Counted from the first letter of the stretch, positions 38,311 to 50,335 are shown. The stretch: 64,000 nt of DNA from Hadesarchaea archaeon (GCA_029259175.1 JAPDJH010000009.1:1-64000); one strand, 5' to 3'. Numbers and translations are program-made. Notes: a model not told the origin generated them from the letters alone.

Positions 38311-38323
38311 CCACTGGCCTCCT

Positions 38324-38932
38324 TCACGAAGCTGAACCCGGACGGGCAAGCAACTTGCTCTTGTAGACCTCCACTCGCCGAATCGGGTGAAAGCGCTTGG
38401 CCTCCTTGTAGATGTCCGCAGCGAGCTTCCCGAGCACCATCTCCTGTACAAACTGGTCGAAGTTGCGCTCGCGTGCTTTCGCCGTCACGACCTCCCGGAT
38501 GGCCTTGCGTATCTGCTTGACCTTCGAGCTCTGAGCGCGTCCGAGCGTTATCGCCATGGCAGTCACGCGCAGCGTGTACCCGTCTTTCGTGGTCACCGTG
38601 GTTATGTCCTCAGCCTTTCTGCTCCTGCGCCTGATCTGACTCTTCACGTAATCGCGAGCCATTTCGTGCCCAACAAAATCCGTTTTTGCGTTCGTGTCAT
38701 CCACCGTTCTGATTTGAAAGTATAGCTTGATGTGCGACTTGGAAAAGTCGTTTATCAGATCGCCCAGAGTCGTCTCGAAAACCCTCCCGATGAGGTGCTG
38801 AGGATCGGACGCCGGGGTCTCCCCTATAGGGGTATTGCCGAACATGGAGGGCGCCAGCACCTCGTACCATGCCTTCTCACGCCAGCTCTTGACCCTCTTC
38901 CGTCTTTCTGCAGCCGACGCCATCTCAACCAC
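38324..38932 (-). CDS. rps3ae: 30S ribosomal protein S3Ae
   Basis: WREKAWYEVLAP..F, GRVFETTLGDL. Confidence 0.96.
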   Translation of the reverse strand: MVEMASAAERRKRVKSWREKAWYEVLAPSMFGNTPIGETPASDPQHLIGRVFETTLGDLINDFSKSHIKLYFQIRTVDDTNAKTDFVGHEMARDYVKSQIRRRSRKAEDITTVTTKDGYTLRVTAMAITLGRAQSSKVKQIRKAIREVVTAKARERNFDQFVQEMVLGKLAADIYKEAKRFHPIRRVEVYKSKLLARPGSAS

Positions 38933-40415
38933 CCATTTGCCTGATTTTCTGACGGACGAGTTCGGGCCACGCCTCCATTTCCAATCCGTGCTGAGCCAAG
39001 AATCCCACGACCCAGCGGCTCGTCCCGAAACCGCAGCAGCCCGTCCACATCTCTCTCCCCTTCGCTTCCTTAATCTTAAAGCTCTCGGTGAACTTGGTGC
39101 GGTGAACGTTGTAAGAGCCTATCTCGAGCCAATCCTTTTTGTACGGGAGCCAGACCTCGAGATCGTACGTGGCGACTTTGCGCGGGTCTGTGCTCGTCTC
39201 GCGTGTTCCCTCCCGCATGTAGAAGGGGGTCGCTTCCGTGACCCTCCACTCTATCTCCAAGTCATCGAGAATCTCTATACTGTGATCCAACACCTTGCCC
39301 CTCAGCTCCGCCACATCGTCCGGGCTTCCCAGCATCACAAACTCAATACGCCTGAACTCTTGGGTCCGGATCAATCCCTCCACGCCGCCGCCCTCCCAGC
39401 GGTAGGTCCACCCGCTGCGGTCGAACTGTTTGATCGGCGTCTGCTCAAGCGAAACGACCTTCCTCGAGAACTGCTGGTAGAAGGGCTCGCACTGCGCCGG
39501 GGCCAGCACATACGCCGGGTCCTTAAGAACCTTCCTCAGTTCATCCGCAGAAATCCTCTTCATCAGCTTGAGCTGCCGTTTGAAATTCTCAAAGCTCTCT
39601 GGATCGCGGGGCGGCGGAGAAACGTAGTACATGCCCTCCGGAACGCCATCGAGATATCCGGGCATTCGCTGCATCACCTCCAGCGGAATCAGCTTCGGAA
39701 ACATCACCTCCTCGAACCCCAACGGTCTTGCCACGCGCTCGATGATGATCTCCTCCAAAGCGCGAAGCAAAGCAGTATAGGGGTGTAAGTAAATCCACTG
39801 CCCGCGGCCGGGGAACTCCACGATCCAGCCCCGCTTCACTGCCTCCTCGAACGGATCGGTGGTGAACCGGTGCTCCCTGGGTTTGCTTTGCCTCACGACC
39901 ACGATTTCTTCCTTGGCCTGCACAACGGAGGGCTGCAACAGTTGCTCCACTGAGGACACCAGCCGATCGACCATCCGCCCGCGAATATCGGTCTCGGAGA
40001 GATCTGTGAGTCGCAGGATAATCTGGCCACCAGAAATCTCACACCCAAGCTTTCGGAGTTCTGGCTCGACCGATGACGGGATCTCGCCAACCGAAAACAC
40101 TATGGTATAAGTGGGTGCCCCGATCTCCCTCAGACCTATCCGGTGGGCCCGACCGAGCTCGCTGGAAAGGGCCTTGCCAATCCGCAACAGGGCATCGTGG
40201 GCCCGCACGTATCTGCCGGACTCTATCCACACGCGAAGCTTGTTGCCCTCGATCTCCCATCTCCTCAGCCGAGCCGCTTCGTCCTCCTTGCCCTTGGGAG
40301 CGCCCTTCACCAACAGCTGTTTTGAATCTTCGAACACGCTCTTGACACGATCCGCCACGGCCGAGAGATCACGGCTGAAACCGAGCACGCCCTCTAGCTC
40401 AAACTTCACTTCCAC
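38925..40415 (-). CDS. serS: Methanogen-type (type 2) serine--tRNA ligase
   Basis: KGAP, SGRYVRAHDALLR, APAQCEPFY, WTYRWEGGG, TGCCGFG. Confidence 0.93.
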   Translation of the reverse strand: MEVKFELEGVLGFSRDLSAVADRVKSVFEDSKQLLVKGAPKGKEDEAARLRRWEIEGNKLRVWIESGRYVRAHDALLRIGKALSSELGRAHRIGLREIGAPTYTIVFSVGEIPSSVEPELRKLGCEISGGQIILRLTDLSETDIRGRMVDRLVSSVEQLLQPSVVQAKEEIVVVRQSKPREHRFTTDPFEEAVKRGWIVEFPGRGQWIYLHPYTALLRALEEIIIERVARPLGFEEVMFPKLIPLEVMQRMPGYLDGVPEGMYYVSPPPRDPESFENFKRQLKLMKRISADELRKVLKDPAYVLAPAQCEPFYQQFSRKVVSLEQTPIKQFDRSGWTYRWEGGGVEGLIRTQEFRRIEFVMLGSPDDVAELRGKVLDHSIEILDDLEIEWRVTEATPFYMREGTRETSTDPRKVATYDLEVWLPYKKDWLEIGSYNVHRTKFTESFKIKEAKGREMWTGCCGFGTSRWVVGFLAQHGLEMEAWPELVRQKIRQMGG

Positions 40416-40433
40416 TCTTCCGCCTCCTTCCCA

Positions 40434-40688
40434 TCAATCCTTGTGGTTTTTTTCCTTCAAAACGTTCTCAGCTGCTTGGGTGCAAGCAAGCAGATCGTCC
40501 AGTGTATTCAGAAGGGTCTCCACCCGACCATCGAATTCGATTTCTGTTCTCACGGTGCTTCCCCGCTGTTCAGTGCTGACTCGAAAGCCCGGTGGTAGCC
40601 CCTCGTTATCGGGAGCCACCGCGCGCGCTATCGCTCGGGCCACGCGCTTGTTCTCATAAACACCGACCACTGTGGCTTTGATCCGCAT
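40434..40688 (-). CDS. Pcc1 paralogue (Pcc2-like)
   Basis: AVAPDN, TLLNTLDDLLAC; GAN-rps3ae synteny. Confidence 0.85.
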   Translation of the reverse strand: MRIKATVVGVYENKRVARAIARAVAPDNEGLPPGFRVSTEQRGSTVRTEIEFDGRVETLLNTLDDLLACTQAAENVLKEKNHKD

Positions 40689-40697
40689 AACAATGCC

Positions 40698-41951
40698 TCA
40701 GAACGTGCCCGGACGCACGGTGCCTACTTCCTTGCCCTCCCGCGTGACCTTCATCGAACCGAACTGGACTACTTTGATAGCGTCCACATCCGTCACGGGA
40801 GTGGTAACAACCATCTGTCCCCGGGCAAAATCGATCTTCTCGATTATTCCCAATCCTAATATTTCATTCTCATCGGAGGCCAATCCCACTATGACGTTCT
40901 TCTCCTCTCCCTGCACAATGACCTTTATCGGCCCGTGCTGTGCTGCGAGCTCCTCTATCTGCTTTGGACTCATCCGCCACTTGCTCACCAGAATCGTGAA
41001 CTCCGGGACCCGCTCCGCATACAAGATGTTTTCTCCGAACTTCTCGGGATTGAGTGGAACCCCGGTCCTCACGTATGTGCGCTCGAAACGCACCTTTGAC
41101 AGATTGAGCACTACACTTTTTGCGCTCTCGAAGTACTTCCCCAACAAAAGGGCTCGCAACTCGGCCCGCTCCGATGGGTTCCGCTTCCTCACCTTCGCAG
41201 AAACGGTGAGCTTCCGGATTTTGTGTGAGGGTAGGCACGAAAGGAGGTGCTCGAGCTCTGTCTGGCGCTGGAGGGCCACCACATAATCCGGATTCACAAG
41301 CTCCGCCGTGTAGAGCTGCAGACTGCGCCCAGCGCCGCCAGCGACCCACCCGGGGGTGTTCACCAGCACCAGATCCGCATATTTCAGACCACGCTCAACC
41401 AGCCACTTCATCCCTACTATGAACTCCAACATGTGGCCCGAAGGAGACATGGATCCAACGAAGTACAAGCTACGAAGCGGAACCTCGTAGAGCTGGGCAA
41501 CCGGGCGCTCGAAAACTCCCAATCCCATGGTGGTGGGCGGACCGATATCGGCTTGACCAACATCGCTGTCTACCGCAGCCATCCGAATGCCATGAGCAAG
41601 CAAGCGGTTTCCGAAGTAAGTGGTCAGAAAGGTTTTGCCCACGTCTACACTTCCGATCACCAAAACAACTCGTGGTCTGGTCTCTATCACCTCCTTCAAA
41701 AACGCGTCCCAGTCTGAAGGAATCGTGCGGCCCGGGAGTTTCTCAACGACTCCACCGGCCCCCAACGTGTACTCTATTTGCGCGTCCGTTTCCGCCTCCA
41801 GAGGCACAGATTTGGCTCGAGGGATGGTAATCCGATCTCCCTTTTCTCGAAGCCCGCCCGAGACCAGAATCTTTCCTTCTTTGACCTCCAGCGATATCAG
41901 CCCTTCTATGCGATAAACCTCACCGGCTTTTAGATCAAGCCGCGGCATCAT
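40698..41951 (-). CDS. Clp1/Nol9-type polynucleotide 5'-kinase with N-terminal beta domain
   Basis: GSVDVGKT, DSDVGQADIGPP, NTPGW, R...ER...R lid. Confidence 0.9.
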   Translation of the reverse strand: MMPRLDLKAGEVYRIEGLISLEVKEGKILVSGGLREKGDRITIPRAKSVPLEAETDAQIEYTLGAGGVVEKLPGRTIPSDWDAFLKEVIETRPRVVLVIGSVDVGKTFLTTYFGNRLLAHGIRMAAVDSDVGQADIGPPTTMGLGVFERPVAQLYEVPLRSLYFVGSMSPSGHMLEFIVGMKWLVERGLKYADLVLVNTPGWVAGGAGRSLQLYTAELVNPDYVVALQRQTELEHLLSCLPSHKIRKLTVSAKVRKRNPSERAELRALLLGKYFESAKSVVLNLSKVRFERTYVRTGVPLNPEKFGENILYAERVPEFTILVSKWRMSPKQIEELAAQHGPIKVIVQGEEKNVIVGLASDENEILGLGIIEKIDFARGQMVVTTPVTDVDAIKVVQFGSMKVTREGKEVGTVRPGTF

Positions 41952-42373
41952 TCCACCTCGAAGTCCAGCGAAGGCCATTCCTTGCGTAGGATCTCACGGT
42001 TGATGCGTTCGACTTCCACGATGTCCGATTTTTTCACCCGGACTTTCTCGGACACCGGCACCACCACAACCTCCTGCACTTCCCCAAGTGCGATCTCATC
42101 ATCTCCGATCTCGGCAACTTTCCCGGCGATTGTCTTTCCATCCCGGGTTTTGAGCACTACCTCCTCCTCTGGCCGGATTTCTTTCACGTCGGTCTTCTGA
42201 ACTATCTTCTCTAGACACATAGAAACGATTCCAGGATAAATTGGGATCTTTCTGTACATGTCGTGGAACTCGCTCAGAATGATCTCCACGAGCACCGGAT
42301 TGCCGCGATAGCGCTCAAGAAGACGAACCAACACCTCTGTAAGCTGCTGGAAATCGCTTTGCTCTAACGTCAT
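41948..42373 (-). CDS. Hypothetical protein with Sm/LSm-like C-terminal domain
   Basis: VVLKTRDGKTIAGKVAEIGDDEIAL..VRVKKSDIVEVE; ATGA-coupled to the Clp1 gene. Confidence 0.6.
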   Translation of the reverse strand: MTLEQSDFQQLTEVLVRLLERYRGNPVLVEIILSEFHDMYRKIPIYPGIVSMCLEKIVQKTDVKEIRPEEEVVLKTRDGKTIAGKVAEIGDDEIALGEVQEVVVVPVSEKVRVKKSDIVEVERINREILRKEWPSLDFEVE

Positions 42374-42424
42374 GCGACCAACACCACAATATGAAGGAGT
42401 TTTATAAACACTGTGGGTCTCGGG

Positions 42425-43813
42425 TTATTCGAGGCCAAAAGCTTCCGCAAGTTTTAGTTTCTCCGGCTCCAACTCTCCCCGATCCAGCGCCTTCGCGACT
42501 TCAATCAGCTGCTCAATCGCGAAAAGAAGTTCATGCATCACGGCGTACATCGGAACGGGCTTGTCAGCGAGCAACTCTGCTGCGCGTGCATGTCCACCTC
42601 CCCCGATACCTGAATACCCCGGGTATCGGCTCTGCAATCTGCGCGCGACCTCAAAACATATCTTACCACAGTTGATTATTCCTCCACCGCCGCGCATCGA
42701 GATGTGTACGCCGCGTTCTTTGGGGCAAAAAACGATCACCGCCGCATGGGGGTGGCCGCCCCTGCGCTTGAAAACCTCCAGTTTGGTCGAGGCAACAAAC
42801 GGCAGAATGGCCGGAAAGGGAGCACGCTCCATGGCCTTCGCTTCACGCGCAAATAGCAAATAAATGCCCACCCCACGAACCTCTCCGAGGTACACGGGAT
42901 TTTCTGTTCTAGCTTCCAGCAGATCCCAATCTTCCTTGTACTGCTCGAATACCGTAGACAGAATCATCCCCTTTGGCTTGGTTCCGAGAAATTCACGAAC
43001 CGTTCTTATCTGTTTAGGATCGACTCCACGATCCACTAGCTCCAGCAGAAACTCGAGCACCAAGCGCGGGCCAGACACAACATCGATGTTCAGCATGTCC
43101 TTGTAGAAATGGGCAATCGTTCCGACTTGGAGAACTTCTCCTATCTGGTTGATGAGGGCAGTGCGCGTTCTGTCGACGATATCATACATGGTCGGGCGCC
43201 CGCTTCTTACTTCCAGCAAGTTCGGAAACACAGAGCGCACATAATCCAAAAATGGTTTCGTGAACTCGGCGGCGGTTTTTCCTACAGGATCGAAGGCAAA
43301 GTCGCCTCTGCACCCAACCAACGCCGCAAAATCATCGTATCGATCAACTTCGGTCAGCTTTTTTGCAATCATGTGGCACAGCAAGGCACAAGCAGATGCG
43401 TAATCGGAGTTCTGCACAGTGGGATTGAAGAGCAGACACTTCTGGGGGCGGCCATCGAGCTGGTGATGGTCGATTATCACTATCGGCTCAATGTGCTTGA
43501 GCAGGGAATCATAATACTCAAATGTGCCCTTATCAGAGATTATCAGCATGTCGAAACGGCCTTCTTGTTCCAGCGCTTCGACTAGGGTTTGCTCCCAAAG
43601 CTTAAAGTGCTGAGGCATGCGCACTACGACTTCGGCACCCTTAAGTCGCTCCAGCATCCGCTTCAGAATGAAAGCGCTAGTGATGCCATCAAGATCGTGA
43701 TGCGAAAATATCAGAACACGTGGATTTTGTTTGAGGTCCCGAATGGCCTGTACCACGCTCGGAAAGCCAGAGTTTCGCTCGTATAAGTCCTCAATCTGTT
43801 GCTGATACCTCAT
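42425..43813 (-). CDS. Divergent DHH-family phosphoesterase
   Basis: HHDLDG, SDKG, IDHH, GDF, GGGGHARAA. Confidence 0.85.
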   Translation of the reverse strand: MRYQQQIEDLYERNSGFPSVVQAIRDLKQNPRVLIFSHHDLDGITSAFILKRMLERLKGAEVVVRMPQHFKLWEQTLVEALEQEGRFDMLIISDKGTFEYYDSLLKHIEPIVIIDHHQLDGRPQKCLLFNPTVQNSDYASACALLCHMIAKKLTEVDRYDDFAALVGCRGDFAFDPVGKTAAEFTKPFLDYVRSVFPNLLEVRSGRPTMYDIVDRTRTALINQIGEVLQVGTIAHFYKDMLNIDVVSGPRLVLEFLLELVDRGVDPKQIRTVREFLGTKPKGMILSTVFEQYKEDWDLLEARTENPVYLGEVRGVGIYLLFAREAKAMERAPFPAILPFVASTKLEVFKRRGGHPHAAVIVFCPKERGVHISMRGGGGIINCGKICFEVARRLQSRYPGYSGIGGGGHARAAELLADKPVPMYAVMHELLFAIEQLIEVAKALDRGELEPEKLKLAEAFGLE

Positions 43814-45215
43814 GCGAGCCCTCCAACGACTTATCCAAGAGAGATAAGAACTCTTCGATTTCAGATGGCGGAATTCGAGCAGCAGCAGCGACGTCATGGC
43901 CCCCTCCAACTCCTCCGGCTCTTTCTGCTGCAGCTTTGATTGCCGCCCCGAGATCCAGCCCACCCATCGCTAGTGCCGGTGTTGAACGAGCAGAAACTTT
44001 GATCTCCCCCGTTGGTGTTTTGCTGAAAATCACGATCGGCTTATCCATCCGAACGAGGCCCGATTCGATGAGCAGAGAGACCGCCTCCCCAACCAACGCC
44101 GGGCGGACACCGTCTCCTCCATCCAAAACTCTAAGATTCTGACGTTCTCTAACAGACCCCAGCCGGTTCACCAGATATTCCAAGGCTCTCAGCATTTCTT
44201 CTTGATAGGTGGTAAGCAAAGACGTGGCCTCGTGGAAAGCTGTTCGGTCTCCTATCAGGGCTGAAAGACCGATTTCTGGTTTGTTAAGACTGCCGCAAGC
44301 ATCGAGCAACGCCGAACACTCACGGAAAGTTAGAGAAAGCAAATGAAATCCGGCCACGGGCTGATGAATAGAACCCCACAGCGTGTGTCGGAACTCCTCA
44401 GCCTTCGCAGCCTCCCCGGCCCGAGCCACCAACAGGTCCGCCAGCGCCTTTTCTTCTTCCATGTCCAGCTGGCTGAGCATCGTTGAGGGCTTCAGATCCA
44501 ATTCCTCAAGCACTTGCTGGCATACGGTCGGGTGGCCGGAAAGGCCCTTGATGAAAGGTCTGATCGAAAGTCTCAGGGTTTCTACGAGCGGTCGAAAAGA
44601 CCGGCCCACCAGCCGCAGACCTTCCCGAGTTTCGACAAATCCCAGATCCACGGCCCGCTTGTATAACACATCGTTCACTCCGGTAAAACCGGAAAAGAAC
44701 TCCTGTCGGTCGCCGATAGCTCCGATGAGAGCAACCACGATGAGCGAACGAAAGCGGGGGTCTAGGTTTTCAACCACCACATAAGCAGCGCTGCTTCCAC
44801 TGACGTCCTTCGCACCGTTCATTCCAATAGAGTGAGGATTCAAAACCGCGAGATTTGGGTGCTCGTGAAACTCGCCCGGATGATGATCGATTATGATCAC
44901 ATCCCGATGTTTCGCGAGCAGGCTCTTGTGAATTGCCTCGAGTTGGGCCGAACCCTGATCAAGAAAAACGAAGAGCTCGTATTCCTCCTGTCCCAGCTCG
45001 GCGATTTCTGCAGGCTTTTTCGGTCTGCTGAACTCGATTGAAAAAGGGACATCATAAAATCTCAGACACTCTGCCAGAATCATGGTTGCGGCAATTCCGT
45101 CGGTATCTCGGTGCGCCACTATTTTGACCGAGCGTTTTTGCTCGATCCGATCTTTCAGAAAATCAGCGACTCTCGAACCCATCCGCAAGAATGTCCGAAC
45201 ATCCGCCTTTCCCAT
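43791..45215 (-). CDS. RecJ/Cdc45-like GINS-associated nuclease (GAN)
   Basis: HRDTDG, DQGS, IDHH, LNPH, GAIGD.Q, GGGHDVAA; immediately downstream of rps15. Confidence 0.85.
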   Translation of the reverse strand: MGKADVRTFLRMGSRVADFLKDRIEQKRSVKIVAHRDTDGIAATMILAECLRFYDVPFSIEFSRPKKPAEIAELGQEEYELFVFLDQGSAQLEAIHKSLLAKHRDVIIIDHHPGEFHEHPNLAVLNPHSIGMNGAKDVSGSSAAYVVVENLDPRFRSLIVVALIGAIGDRQEFFSGFTGVNDVLYKRAVDLGFVETREGLRLVGRSFRPLVETLRLSIRPFIKGLSGHPTVCQQVLEELDLKPSTMLSQLDMEEEKALADLLVARAGEAAKAEEFRHTLWGSIHQPVAGFHLLSLTFRECSALLDACGSLNKPEIGLSALIGDRTAFHEATSLLTTYQEEMLRALEYLVNRLGSVRERQNLRVLDGGDGVRPALVGEAVSLLIESGLVRMDKPIVIFSKTPTGEIKVSARSTPALAMGGLDLGAAIKAAAERAGGVGGGHDVAAAARIPPSEIEEFLSLLDKSLEGSHEVSATD

Positions 45216-45300
45216 CGTTCTCCCTTTCTTTAGGTTATCTTCTTTCTTCTACTCAAGCTCCTAATAATTTTTCGATATCCCGCTGCGAGCGCTCCAAAAA

Positions 45301-45690
45301 TCACTTTACCAAGAGAGCTGCTCGCTCTCGGTCGTATCTCCAGTCCTTGGGAAGCATCCCTTTCCGCTTGTAATACCGAGCGAGCCGGTTTATTCGGGAT
45401 TCTAAAATCTCCAAGGCCCGTTTGCTTTTGAAGTCCTTTCGGTGCTTCGCCAAGTGCTCGTAGAGCGTCACGGCGCGCTTTATAACATTTGCCAAGTCTT
45501 CGGGCAAGGAGGGCTGCAAGTTCCTCTCTTTAAGAATTTGCAAAATGCTCTTCCCCGTGACTACTTTCACTTTTGGTACTGCGTATTGATCCCGCAAAAT
45601 CAGGCCTATCCTGCTGGGAAGTACTCCCTCCTTCGCCAGCTTGACCACGAGTTCCTCCACCTCAGAAGGCGACAGCTCTGTTTGCGCCAT
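45301..45690 (-). CDS. rps15: 30S ribosomal protein S15 (uS15)
   Basis: IGLILRDQY, LPEDL, ESRINRLARYYK. Confidence 0.96.
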   Translation of the reverse strand: MAQTELSPSEVEELVVKLAKEGVLPSRIGLILRDQYAVPKVKVVTGKSILQILKERNLQPSLPEDLANVIKRAVTLYEHLAKHRKDFKSKRALEILESRINRLARYYKRKGMLPKDWRYDRERAALLVK

Positions 45691-45699
45691 ATCTGCCCC

Positions 45700-46262
45700 T
45701 CAAATTTCCCTGATTTCTCTCCCTTTAAACCATTCCATGAAAGCGCGGAGGGCCCTTCCACGATGCGAGAACTTGTTCTTCTCTCCAACGTCCATTTCGG
45801 CAAACGTTTTTCCACCGCCGCCCTCTGGCTCGAATATGGGATCAAAACCAAATCCCTTATCGCCCCGCGCTTCTGTGGAGATTTTCCCGGGACAAACCCC
45901 AACAAAGAGAACCGGGTCGCCTCCTGGCTCGCAGTACCCAACGACTGAGCGGAATTCAGCTCTTCGGTCATTCACCCCCTCCAGAAGCCTCAGAATACCA
46001 GCATTTCCGATGGTCAAAAACACATATTTGGAATAAGGGCCGGGAAATCCGCCCAAGCGATGCACGAACAAACCTGCGTCTTCCACAAAGCAGGCGGCTC
46101 CGAGCTTGGAGGAGACCTCCCGAACACCTCTGCGAACTATCTCCTCCAAGGAATCCGACTGAATTTCCGTGTATCCTGTTTTTTCTTGGACGATTTCTAT
46201 ACCGAAGAGAAACGCCAAAGCTTTTGCCTCGAGAAACTTGTGGTCATTGCCTGTAACAAAAA

Positions 46263-46272
<10 letters not shown>
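45700..46272 (-). CDS. rdgB: XTP/dITP diphosphatase
   Basis: TGNDHK, EDAGL, FPGPYS, GFGFDPIF, SHRGRA. Confidence 0.95.
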
Positions 46273-47932
<1,660 letters not shown>

Positions 47933-48016
47933 TCAATATAGCGGGCCCCTCTTTAAACGCGTATGGTTAACGACAAAAGGTTTTATTTAACATCAATGTT
48001 CAACAACTGGGGGCTC

Positions 48017-48964
48017 ATGAAAGTCAGGGTTTTGAACATCCTTCCGGTCGTTGGAGTCTGCATACTGATCTCCGCATATATAATGGTCCAAAGTCCGCCA
48101 CGCCTTTTGGTGGCCACCACCACCAGTCTCTACGATACGGGATTGTTAGACCTGATAGGCGAAGCATATTTTGAAAACACTGGACACCGAGTTGGGTTCA
48201 TCGCAGTTGGCACGGGACTGGCACTCGAGCACGCCAAGCGGGGGGATGTGGACGCAGTTTTTGTGCACGCACCAACTCTAGAAAGCGAAATTCTGCAGGA
48301 AAACGCGTGCGGCTTGCGAAAAATAATCGCATACAACTACTTCGTAATCGTGGGGCCAGCCAACGATCCAGCACACATTGCTGGCCTCTCCCCCACCCAA
48401 GCCATGCGCCGAATAGCGGAAACAGGGAGCCTTTGGGTTTCGCGTGCCGATAACTCGGGCACCAACAATAAAGAAATCGCGCTATGGGAGGGAGCCGGAT
48501 ATGAGTACGAAAACTTGCGATCAAAGGACTGGTTTTTCGAAACAGGAACAGGAATGGGAAACACGCTCCTAGTAGCAAATGAAAAAGGAGCTTACACGTT
48601 AAGCGATACCGGCACGTTTCTCAAATACAAAAAGGAAAACCTGATCACGCTTGAAAAACTCGTGTCTGAAAGCGAGGAATTGCTCAATGTGTACAGCGTG
48701 ATGGTGGTAAACCCAGAAAAACACCCATTCGTAAAATTCGAACTCGCGGCGGAATTTGTAGAGTTCCTCATATCGCCCGGAGTTCAACAGCTAATCGCAG
48801 AATTCGGGAAAGAAGAATTCGGAGAAGTTCTCTTCTATCCCGCTGTGGAAATATTGGAAAACGAAAACTCCGCTGTCGCTCAGTGGATAAAGGAAACAGC
48901 ATTTATGGACAACTCTGAGTGTCCGCCCCATTTGAGGTTCGGAAGAGCGGATCTCTATGAGTGA
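48017..48964 (+). CDS. tupA: Tungstate ABC transporter binding protein
   Basis: ATTTSLYDTGLL, VGTG.AL, VHAP, SRADNSGT. Confidence 0.92.
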   Translation: MKVRVLNILPVVGVCILISAYIMVQSPPRLLVATTTSLYDTGLLDLIGEAYFENTGHRVGFIAVGTGLALEHAKRGDVDAVFVHAPTLESEILQENACGLRKIIAYNYFVIVGPANDPAHIAGLSPTQAMRRIAETGSLWVSRADNSGTNNKEIALWEGAGYEYENLRSKDWFFETGTGMGNTLLVANEKGAYTLSDTGTFLKYKKENLITLEKLVSESEELLNVYSVMVVNPEKHPFVKFELAAEFVEFLISPGVQQLIAEFGKEEFGEVLFYPAVEILENENSAVAQWIKETAFMDNSECPPHLRFGRADLYE

Positions 48965-49595
48965 GGGCCTGATCCCAATCGTGCTTCGATCGCTTATGGT
49001 CTCAGGAACAGCCACAGTACTGGCGGCGACTTGGAGCTTACCCATAGCAGTAAAAATCGGGACAACACACTTTCGCGGAAAAAAGATAGTAAGGGACTTC
49101 TTCAATGCGATGATCGGAATTCCCACCGTCGCGCTGGGCCTTGTGTTGTATTTGCTTCTCTCACGGGAAGGAGCGCTAGGATTTCTAAACTTGCTGTACA
49201 CTCCCTCCGCCATTATGCTTGGACAGGCGCTTCTAATAACGCCGCTGATGATCAGCTTCCTCATGCATGCTATCGAGGAAGTAAACCCGTTGATAAAAGA
49301 GACGGCCCTCACCTTGGGTGCGAGCGAACGGGAAGCGAACAGAGTCGTTCTAAGAGAAGCCAAAAAAGGAAGCGTGTTGGCCACTGTTGCTGGATTCAAC
49401 CGGGCTATATCTGAACTCGGTATTGCGCTCATGGTAGGAGGAAACCTCGCAGGAACAACGCGAGTAATGACCACTGAAATCTCTCGGGTCGTATCAGGCG
49501 GAGATATCGAGCTAGCAATCCAGTTAACCATCGTGCTTCTGAGTATCGCCTTCACATCAACACTTATTTTAAATCGGTTGAGGGGGTCCGAATGA
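48957..49595 (+). CDS. tupB: Tungstate ABC transporter permease
   Basis: PTVALGL..LLLSREG, RAISELG..MVGGN..TRVMTT. Confidence 0.92.
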   Translation: MSEGLIPIVLRSLMVSGTATVLAATWSLPIAVKIGTTHFRGKKIVRDFFNAMIGIPTVALGLVLYLLLSREGALGFLNLLYTPSAIMLGQALLITPLMISFLMHAIEEVNPLIKETALTLGASEREANRVVLREAKKGSVLATVAGFNRAISELGIALMVGGNLAGTTRVMTTEISRVVSGGDIELAIQLTIVLLSIAFTSTLILNRLRGSE

Positions 49596-50305
49596 CTCCC
49601 ATCCTTGAAGCCCATAAGGTGTGGAAGAGTTTTGGCTCGATTCGAGCGTTGAGAGGGATAACGCTGGACATATCGGAAAACGAAACGGTGAGTATTATCG
49701 GACCGAACGGAGCCGGGAAAACTACTCTGCTTCGCATCCTGGCATTGCTGGAAAGACCAGACAAGGGATGGGTGCGCTACAGAGGAGAGAAAGTGGAAAG
49801 CGGGGAGAAGCACCGTGGAGAAATCACCATGGTATTTCAAAACCCTGCATTCTTCACCGGCACTGTAGCTGACAACGTTGGATATGGACTGAAAATTAGA
49901 GGGATGGACAAACAAACGATCCGGCGAAAAGTCCGTGAAGCTCTCAGGGCTGTAAATCTCGCGGGTTTTGAAAAAAGAAAGATCAAAGCATTATCGGGAG
50001 GTGAAAAACAAAGAGTCGCGCTGGCCCGAGCGTTATGTATCGAACCGAGAGTACTCCTTCTCGATGAACCCACAGCGAACTTGGATCCGCCAAACTGTGA
50101 GAGAATAAGGAGGGTCCTAAAAAGAATCAAGAAAAATATCACGGTTGTAATAGCGAGCCACCATCTGGGGCTGGCAAAAACTGTAGCCGACCGAGTAGCG
50201 TATATCCACCAAGGCAAGCTCTTGGAAATCGGCTCTCCCGAACAAATCTTTGGAAAGCCCAGACACCGCCTCACAAAGCTGTTCGTGGAGGGCAAACTAG
50301 TTTAA
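49592..50305 (+). CDS. tupC: ABC transporter ATPase
   Basis: GPNGAGKT, LSGGEKQR, LDEP. Confidence 0.88.
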   Translation: MTPILEAHKVWKSFGSIRALRGITLDISENETVSIIGPNGAGKTTLLRILALLERPDKGWVRYRGEKVESGEKHRGEITMVFQNPAFFTGTVADNVGYGLKIRGMDKQTIRRKVREALRAVNLAGFEKRKIKALSGGEKQRVALARALCIEPRVLLLDEPTANLDPPNCERIRRVLKRIKKNITVVIASHHLGLAKTVADRVAYIHQGKLLEIGSPEQIFGKPRHRLTKLFVEGKLV

Positions 50306-50335
50306 GTTATAGGCTTTCAAACCAGAAAAATTTGG

